A DNA stretch of 22,812 bases, taken from Promethearchaeota archaeon (lineage in GTDB: Archaea; Asgardarchaeota; Lokiarchaeia; Sigyniarchaeales; SOKP01). The stretch spans positions 1-22,812 of the forward strand of contig JAEOTS010000113.1 of NCBI GenBank assembly GCA_016839745.1, read 5' to 3'. A model generated the notes under the pieces. It had not been told where the DNA came from. It did no database searches and saw only the letters and a list, made by a program, of their open reading frames with translations. Below, in pieces: positions 16,913 to 22,812 of this stretch (position 1 is the stretch's first letter; the number at the start of each line of letters is the position of its first letter). A program made the position numbers and the translations under genes.

Positions 16913-18748
16913 TTAAAAAGCTATAAAATTCCTTCTTTTTACCGTTTCGATGATATAGTCGTCAATTTTGCGATCGCTTTTTTTTCGTTTGAATGTTCGG
17001 ATCATTTTTAAGATTTGGGCTAAAACCAGGAATTGTACTTTAGTCCATTTCATCGCAAAAGGTTTCTTTGTAGGTTCAATGGTTTTGTAAGGAATAGTTT
17101 GATCTTTCATAGATTTGTCCTTGTCGTAAATGTATTTTTTAAATGGTTCTTCTTTAGGATAACGATTAAAAGGGTCTAATAGATTCTTTATTTTAAACTT
17201 TTTGGCTCTACTTTCGATTATTTTTTGTAAGTACTTCATAATTGGAGTTGGTTCGCCGATCAATCGCCTGTATTTTTCGTCAGTTTTTCGGACTCTCCTC
17301 CTAACTACCCCATTTGGAGCAAACCGATCCATAGCTTCTATTGCAGTCCACAAAATTGCAGCTTGATGCTTAAAAAATAAGGATTTGTGGTCTCGCATAA
17401 TGGAATTATCGGATTTCAAACAAAACTCATATCCATTCAAAGTAACATCTAATTTACGGAGGATAGATGGGCCCCAAGTTTTATAGAGTAAGTCGTACCC
17501 ATACTCCGTTAAATTAAGTGTTTCATGAGTCTCTAAAGAAATATTTTCCTGAGCACCACTCCAAAAATGGACATCCTCCCATGGAACATCTCTTACTCTA
17601 TTTTGTTCCATCATTTTCTCATATAATACAGTACCTGGAAAAGGGGAAAGTCGGGTTAATTGCTGGAAAGTCGGATAACATGCGACGAAGTAGTTAAGGT
17701 CTTCGTAGATATTTGAATGATCATGAAAATCCCAACCACAAACCCAAGCACCCAATGTTCTGATCCCCATTGAGTGTAGCTTATCAAAGACTTCACGAGC
17801 GTCTACCTCTTGTCGTTTAGTATATCCATGTTCTCCCGCAAATTTTGATTCTACTCCTATAAAAATTGCACCCACACCGATTTCAGCAATAGTTTCCCAC
17901 CCGTATTTCTCAGCAAAATTATAAATATTGTCTACCGAACCAAAAGCAAGCCAATCCAAGGTTTCAACTACTTTCGGACTTGATTCCCAGTACTTTTTTG
18001 TTTCGAATAGATATTCTGGATGCCGGAAATGATCTTCTTCTATTGCAAAGATTAACCGGACATCGGAAAAATGCCGGTGATATGAGTAAATGTGTGATAC
18101 AAATTCTTTTGGTGAGAGCAATTCAATGCGCTTAAAGCCAAACATTTCAGTCGTAGAGCAAAAATCACACCCTCCGGGACACCCCAATCCAGTCACTACA
18201 AAACCTACATTACCAATTGGGTATTTATTGATGAACCACGGAGCACCACCACATTTTGGCATTAATCTCTGCTCAATTGGTCTTTCAATGTCTTCACCTA
18301 AAAATTTTCGTAAGAACTCTACCCCTTCACCTTTCACGACATGATCGACATATCTTTTCTGCGTTTCTTCGTCGTACTTGGCTTTAAAGGCTTGGGCTGC
18401 GTATGAACCCAACAAAATTGTTGTGTCAGGAGATTTGTCTCTAATATATTCGCACATTTTCATGACATTGTCCAAGTGAGGAGGGAAAGCGCTAATACCT
18501 ATAATATTATACCCTTTATCAACTTCTCTCTTAAAATCATTCCACCGAGGGTATTCCAATAAGGTAGCGGATTTGTTGATATTCTGAGCTAAAATATGGT
18601 TTGCGTAGCAGTGCGTATGAGAAATGAGGGTAAAGATATCGTCTCCCTTCGTAAATCTTTGCCCTGTTGCATCTGTTAAAGAATCATTGGCAGGAAGGGT
18701 AGGATAAGGGTACGTTGGTGTTGTTAACAGAACTCGATTCTCAATCAT
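16913..18748 (-). CDS. Cobalamin-binding-domain radical SAM protein
   Basis: CPGGCDFC (CxxxCxxC), preceded by a B12-binding-like region (IIGISAF...TILLGSY...HVVKGEG). Also IFIGVES and LSPFPGTVLY. Confidence 0.88.
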   Translation of the reverse strand: MIENRVLLTTPTYPYPTLPANDSLTDATGQRFTKGDDIFTLISHTHCYANHILAQNINKSATLLEYPRWNDFKREVDKGYNIIGISAFPPHLDNVMKMCEYIRDKSPDTTILLGSYAAQAFKAKYDEETQKRYVDHVVKGEGVEFLRKFLGEDIERPIEQRLMPKCGGAPWFINKYPIGNVGFVVTGLGCPGGCDFCSTTEMFGFKRIELLSPKEFVSHIYSYHRHFSDVRLIFAIEEDHFRHPEYLFETKKYWESSPKVVETLDWLAFGSVDNIYNFAEKYGWETIAEIGVGAIFIGVESKFAGEHGYTKRQEVDAREVFDKLHSMGIRTLGAWVCGWDFHDHSNIYEDLNYFVACYPTFQQLTRLSPFPGTVLYEKMMEQNRVRDVPWEDVHFWSGAQENISLETHETLNLTEYGYDLLYKTWGPSILRKLDVTLNGYEFCLKSDNSIMRDHKSLFFKHQAAILWTAIEAMDRFAPNGVVRRRVRKTDEKYRRLIGEPTPIMKYLQKIIESRAKKFKIKNLLDPFNRYPKEEPFKKYIYDKDKSMKDQTIPYKTIEPTKKPFAMKWTKVQFLVLAQILKMIRTFKRKKSDRKIDDYIIETVKRRNFIAF

Positions 18749-18866
18749 AAATTATACCTTTAATTTTTAGCTTTCAATTTGTATATTTATACGACTAAAT
18801 ATAAAAATTTCTTGTTCTCTTCTGAAAATTTATAATCTCATATAAATTCTTTAACTTGGTTTTAAG

Positions 18867-19445
18867 ATGGGTAGAATAAAGAAAATTTTTTCTAAGACTA
18901 TAACAGGTTTAACGGGGAGAAATCCTAATTTTATCCAAATGAGACTGCTAGTTAAAAACATTACACCTGAATTTGTAGAAGCTCTTAAACAGAGGATTGA
19001 GCACAATATTGTTCAAGCAAAAATACGAGAAGCAAATGAAAAAGATATTGATTGCCTAATAGAACTTCACGACCGTGCTTGGCATTCAACACCTATGCCA
19101 TTTCGTCCGTTAAAGGAAGATTCAATATTGGAAATGCTAAAAGATCCAAGTATCATATTTTTAATTGCGGAGGTCAAGGGTGAGGATAGCGGATTTGCAC
19201 TTATTTATTTTACCGGTGAAGAAGAACTGATAGGAATTATAGCAGGATTGGGTATTATTCCAGAACTCCATCGAAAAGGATTAGGTACAATTTTAGGAAT
19301 GGCTGCATGGGATTATTTCAAAAAAAAAGGAGTTGTAGAACTTCGATGTAAAGTGTATAAAGATAATAAAATCTCTTATAAGTTCATTAAAGGACTAAAA
19401 TTTGAAGAATACGATGAAGACTTTGTCCAATGGAAGGTTTTTTGA
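18867..19445 (+). CDS. GNAT family N-acetyltransferase
   Basis: IREANEKDI, LGIIPELHRKGLGT (R/QxxGxG acetyl-CoA motif) and VYKDNKISYKF. Ends in TGA. Confidence 0.9.
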   Translation: MGRIKKIFSKTITGLTGRNPNFIQMRLLVKNITPEFVEALKQRIEHNIVQAKIREANEKDIDCLIELHDRAWHSTPMPFRPLKEDSILEMLKDPSIIFLIAEVKGEDSGFALIYFTGEEELIGIIAGLGIIPELHRKGLGTILGMAAWDYFKKKGVVELRCKVYKDNKISYKFIKGLKFEEYDEDFVQWKVF

Positions 19446-19545
19446 TTACATTTAGTATTAGTTTCAATCACCCCACCCACCCTCTTAAAAAAAAAATTTA
19501 TTCGACTCATGTTTGCAAATTGTTCTACTCTATTGTACAAAAAGA

Positions 19546-19647
19546 CGCTCAAAATTCATATTAGCTGTTGTTTTTAGGATGATTGCTATTGTTGTTTCAA
19601 TAGTTGGATCGTTTTACACATTTCCCAATTTATTTGAGTTCAATTAT
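19546..19647 (+). pseudogene. Internal fragment of a third copy of the zinc-ribbon membrane protein gene
   Basis: Ungapped match to 14693-14794 with 14 differences in 102 nt by manual count. Encodes RSKFILAVVFRMIAIVVSIVGSFYTFPNLFEF versus RSKFIIAVIFRMIGSVVSIVGSFYTFPSLFDF. Confidence 0.85.
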
Positions 19648-19986
19648 CTCATCGATTTTCCCTCGAATAAAAAAAAGAGCCATAGCCAACACGATCCCTA
19701 ATAAGAATTTAGTGACCAATGTAATTTTAATAACATTTCGCGATTCTTCTTTCTTATTCAATTTACCTAACCGAGCAATATAATATGAACAACCATGATA
19801 AAGACCGAAATCGGTAATATTTAATAAGATCACTGGAAACACTAAGACTAAATTATAAATACTGTAATCATTGACTGAAAAAAACCTGATGAGAAAAAAC
19901 CCCGACCCGAAAGATAACCCAAAAGTGATAATTTCTCCGATAATTAGAATACTTGTACTTCTGGTAAATTCCGTGGTTTCTCTCAC
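19630..19986 (-). pseudogene. Truncated oligosaccharide flippase (Wzx/MOP family), N-terminal ~3 TM segments only
   Basis: LIRFFSVNDYSIYNLV...TDFGLYHGCSYYIAR resembles a Wzx N-terminus. Only 118 aa, running into the paralog fragment. An in-frame ATG at 20043 is cut off by two TAA codons. Lies directly downstream of rfbA. Confidence 0.7.
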
Positions 19987-20057
19987 TTATATCATCATTT
20001 AATTATTGTTGTTTTTAAAATGAGAATTTTTTTTTAAAGCCATTAGTTTTGTTATTC

Positions 20058-20924
20058 TTATTCGTCGGAAATCTTTTTTAGGTACTTCCCATAATCTGTG
20101 TTTGATATGGTATCTGCGATCTTTTGTAAATCTTGTCGAGTAATATACCCTTTATTATAAGCAATCTCTTCTATACATGCGATATATAGCCCTTGTCGTT
20201 TCTGTATTGTTCCCACAAAATTGGATGCTTCAAGTAATCCATCATATGTTCCCGTGTCAAGCCAAGCGAATCCTCTTCCTAAGAGTTGTACTCGCAATTT
20301 CTCCTTTTTAAGGTATTCTTTAAGCAAATCAGTTATTTCAATCTCCCCTCTTGGTGATGGTTCTAAACTCTTTGCATTATCTACAACGTCCTCGTCGCAA
20401 AAATAAAGCCCGGGAATGGCATAATTTGATTTTGGGTTGATTGGTTTCTCCTCCAAGGATATAACTTTTCCGTTTTTATCGAATTCAACAACCCCAAATT
20501 CTTCAGGATTCTTAACATAATAACCAAAAATTACTGCTCCTTCTTTTAACGAGGATGCTTCGCTTAATACAGGCGTGAAACCTTGACCAAAAAAAACATT
20601 ATCAGCAAGAATAAGAGCAACCTTTTCATCAGCAATAAATTTTTCTCCAACAATAAAAGCATCTGGCAGCCCACGAGGTTCAGATTGAATCTTATAAATA
20701 ATTTTAAGACCCACCTTACTTCCGTCTCCCAGAATCATTTTGTAAAAATTGATATGCTGTGGTGTTGAAATAATAAGAATTTCTCTAATATCAGCAAGCA
20801 TTAGCACAGATAACGGGTAATAGATCATCGGTTTATCATAAATAGGAATAAGATGCTTACTTATTGCTTGTGTAATCGGATAAAGCCTAGAGCCACTTCC
20901 TCCTGCTAAGATGATTCCTTTCAT
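20058..20924 (-). CDS. rfbA: Glucose-1-phosphate thymidylyltransferase RfbA/RmlA
   Basis: MKGIILAGGSGSRLYPIT...SKHLIPIYDKPMIYYPLS, EEKP, LGRGFAWLDTGT, IACIEEIAY. Confidence 0.96.
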   Translation of the reverse strand: MKGIILAGGSGSRLYPITQAISKHLIPIYDKPMIYYPLSVLMLADIREILIISTPQHINFYKMILGDGSKVGLKIIYKIQSEPRGLPDAFIVGEKFIADEKVALILADNVFFGQGFTPVLSEASSLKEGAVIFGYYVKNPEEFGVVEFDKNGKVISLEEKPINPKSNYAIPGLYFCDEDVVDNAKSLEPSPRGEIEITDLLKEYLKKEKLRVQLLGRGFAWLDTGTYDGLLEASNFVGTIQKRQGLYIACIEEIAYNKGYITRQDLQKIADTISNTDYGKYLKKISDE

Positions 20925-21054
20925 ATTCCACCTTCTGATAAATTACAATTCCAGCTAATTTTTCACTTTTTATAGATATTAAGTTTTTTATAACTTTTAA
21001 ATTAGAGTATAAATTTTAGGTATTATGTAAATTGGTCGGATTTTTGACCTAATA

Positions 21055-22428
21055 CTAAAAATTGGTTAAATTATGATTATTTACAAATTTTTTAATCTTA
21101 GATGCGATATATATCATATTTTCTTCCGATAAACCTGGATAAACGCCAACAAAAAATGAATTTTTAAAAATTTTATCTGAATTTGATAACTTTCCAATGA
21201 TTTTATAGTTAATATCTCTATAGGCGGGATGTTTTAAAATATTCCCAGCGAATAATACTCTTGTTTGAATCTTATTTTTTTCCAAATATTGTTGTAATTC
21301 TGCTCTTTTAATATTGATATTTTCTCTAATTGTCAATGTAAATGCAAACCAGCTTACTTCACTATCCTTCAGAAATCTAGGCAAAATAAATATCGAATCG
21401 AGATGTTCTAATTCATCATATAATATTTTAAAATTTCTTTTCCGTTGCCTAATAAATGTTGGTAGCTTCTTTAATTGTTCCAAAGCCATTGCACATTGAA
21501 GTTCTAAAGGTTTTAGGTTATATCCTATGTTTGAATAAACATACCTATGGTCAATTTTATCTCCATTAATTTCGAATTCAAATCTTTTTTTACAAGCACC
21601 ATTTGGATTTCTTTCATTAAATTCACAATAACAATCCCTTCCCCAATCCCTTATTGATTGCGCAGTGCGTTTTAATTGGAGATTATTTGTTAAAATTGCA
21701 CCACCTTCACCCATAGTCATATGATGAGCAGGAAAAAAACTATGAGTTGCAAAGTCACCCCAAGTCCCTACTTTTTGCCCCTTGTAAGTAGAACCTAAAG
21801 CATCACAACAATCTTCAATTAAAAAAAGATTATATCTCTCTACTATTTTTTTTATTTTATCCATTTCATTTGGATTTCCAAGTACATGAGTTAACATTAT
21901 ACCTTTTGTCTTTTCACTTATAGCATGTTCTAAACTATTTGCATCAATATTATATGTACCCAATTCTACATCAACAAATACAGGAATGAGATTATTTTGT
22001 ATTATAGGATTAAGAGTTGTTGGAAATGTAGAGGCAGGAGTAATTATTTCATCACCAGGTTTACAATAATTTTTGGTTTCTTTTGAACAAAGAGCAGTAA
22101 TTGCCAACAAACTAGATGAAGAACCTGAATTCGTAACAAGACAATATTTTAAATCATTATATATTGCAAATTCCTTTTGAAATTTATTGCTTTTTTCCCC
22201 TATTCCAAGCCAACCATCTAATAAAGAATTAATTATTGCATTGATTTCATCGTGGTCATATATTGAACCACTATAATTTAGAAAATCAATTCCAGATTTT
22301 TTAGTTTGTTTTCCTCTCAAATTAAATAATTCTTTAACTTGATTAGAAATCTTATCCCTTATTTTTAATTCATTAGTCAATATTGAACATCTCAGAAATC
22401 GATACGATTTTTTTTCCCCATTTTTCAT
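21055..22428 (-). CDS. rfbH: RfbH/DdhC-type NDP-4-keto-6-deoxyglucose 3-dehydrase (E1, PMP/[2Fe-2S]); true start may be TTG 22380
   Basis: DegT/DnrJ fold motifs NSGSSS, EDCCDALG and SFFPAHHMTMGEGG (His in place of the catalytic Lys), plus RDWGRDCYC...C and DHRYVYSNIGYNLKP typical of RfbH. Confidence 0.9.
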   Translation of the reverse strand: MKNGEKKSYRFLRCSILTNELKIRDKISNQVKELFNLRGKQTKKSGIDFLNYSGSIYDHDEINAIINSLLDGWLGIGEKSNKFQKEFAIYNDLKYCLVTNSGSSSSLLAITALCSKETKNYCKPGDEIITPASTFPTTLNPIIQNNLIPVFVDVELGTYNIDANSLEHAISEKTKGIMLTHVLGNPNEMDKIKKIVERYNLFLIEDCCDALGSTYKGQKVGTWGDFATHSFFPAHHMTMGEGGAILTNNLQLKRTAQSIRDWGRDCYCEFNERNPNGACKKRFEFEINGDKIDHRYVYSNIGYNLKPLELQCAMALEQLKKLPTFIRQRKRNFKILYDELEHLDSIFILPRFLKDSEVSWFAFTLTIRENINIKRAELQQYLEKNKIQTRVLFAGNILKHPAYRDINYKIIGKLSNSDKIFKNSFFVGVYPGLSEENMIYIASKIKKFVNNHNLTNF

Positions 22429-22558
22429 TTAAAAAATATGATGTAACGTTTCATTCCTCTGCACATTTTTAAAAAGGGTTAAATCTATTATCGGTTTACT
22501 ATGTGATAGTAGATTTAACGCTTATTATGTAATAAAAATTTTCCAAAATTAAATAACT

Positions 22559-22812
22559 TTGTGTAAAAAAATTTTTAAAAGAGAAATAGATAAAATAAAA
22601 AACACCATTAAACATTGCTACGTTAATGCCCCGAATTATGAAAAAATAAAGAATCTTGTTTTTGAAAACATAAAACCAGGTCTTAATATATCAAAATTGA
22701 ATATAAATTTAATAAATATAATATGTAATTATTTGAATATTAACACTAAGATGTATATTTCATCAGAAATAGAAAAATTGGGGAAAGATGTTTTTTTGGA
22801 GTTAATTCAACA
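22559..22812 (+). pseudogene. WbqC-like fragment lacking the N-terminal part; runs off the window end
   Basis: Open frame after TAA 22550-22552: ...IKNTIKHCYVNAPNYEKIK...NISKLNINLINIICNYLNINTKMYISSEI resembles the central WbqC pattern (TI...Y.KAP.F...LN..LI..I...L.I.T....SSEL). No upstream QP..LPW motif seen. Confidence 0.45.

Noticed and set aside
19513-19701. 62-aa ORF as a real gene
   Set aside because: Only its middle matches the paralog at 14693-14794; the ends are unrelated sequence, so it is treated as a remnant.
2283-21499. Short antisense or overlapping track ORFs (2283-2501, 4805-4999, 5388-5630, 5826-6101, 7760-7954, 13616-13873, 13934-14149, 14467-14661, 15065-15253, 18090-18344, 20221-20406, 20583-20768, 21314-21499)
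   Set aside because: All lie opposite or within well-supported longer genes and lack independent evidence.
1-22812. CRISPR arrays, tRNA/rRNA genes, transposases or integrases
   Set aside because: No regularly spaced repeats, cloverleaf-like GC-rich segments or recombinase motifs seen by eye.

Overview
AT-rich archaeal window, most likely from an Asgard archaeon (Lokiarchaeia-like; inferred from a profilin-like gene, a Rag-like GTPase and a eukaryote-type SECIS). The main result is a selenoprotein operon on the minus strand that the ORF track fragments or misses. hdrA (851-2791) reads as one 646-aa frame with four in-frame UGA codons, and mvhD/vhuD (412-846) has two more. All six UGAs fall at conserved Cys positions. 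One compact eukaryote-like SECIS hairpin (about 357-429) follows, and its AUGA core is the mvhD stop codon. The middle of the window holds an SDR and a divergent HTH regulator, a co-oriented HEAT-repeat / FrhB-family / Rag-like GTPase / DRG GTPase run, and a convergent profilin-like gene with an extra C-terminal domain and a probable non-AUG start. It also holds an ICMT-family methyltransferase flanked by a duplicated promoter, two paralogous zinc-ribbon membrane proteins, a B12 radical SAM plus dehalogenase-like hydrolase pair, and a GNAT. The right end is a partly decayed glycan locus (truncated flippase, rfbA, rfbH, WbqC-like fragment). All family assignments come from motif recognition by eye; no searches were run.
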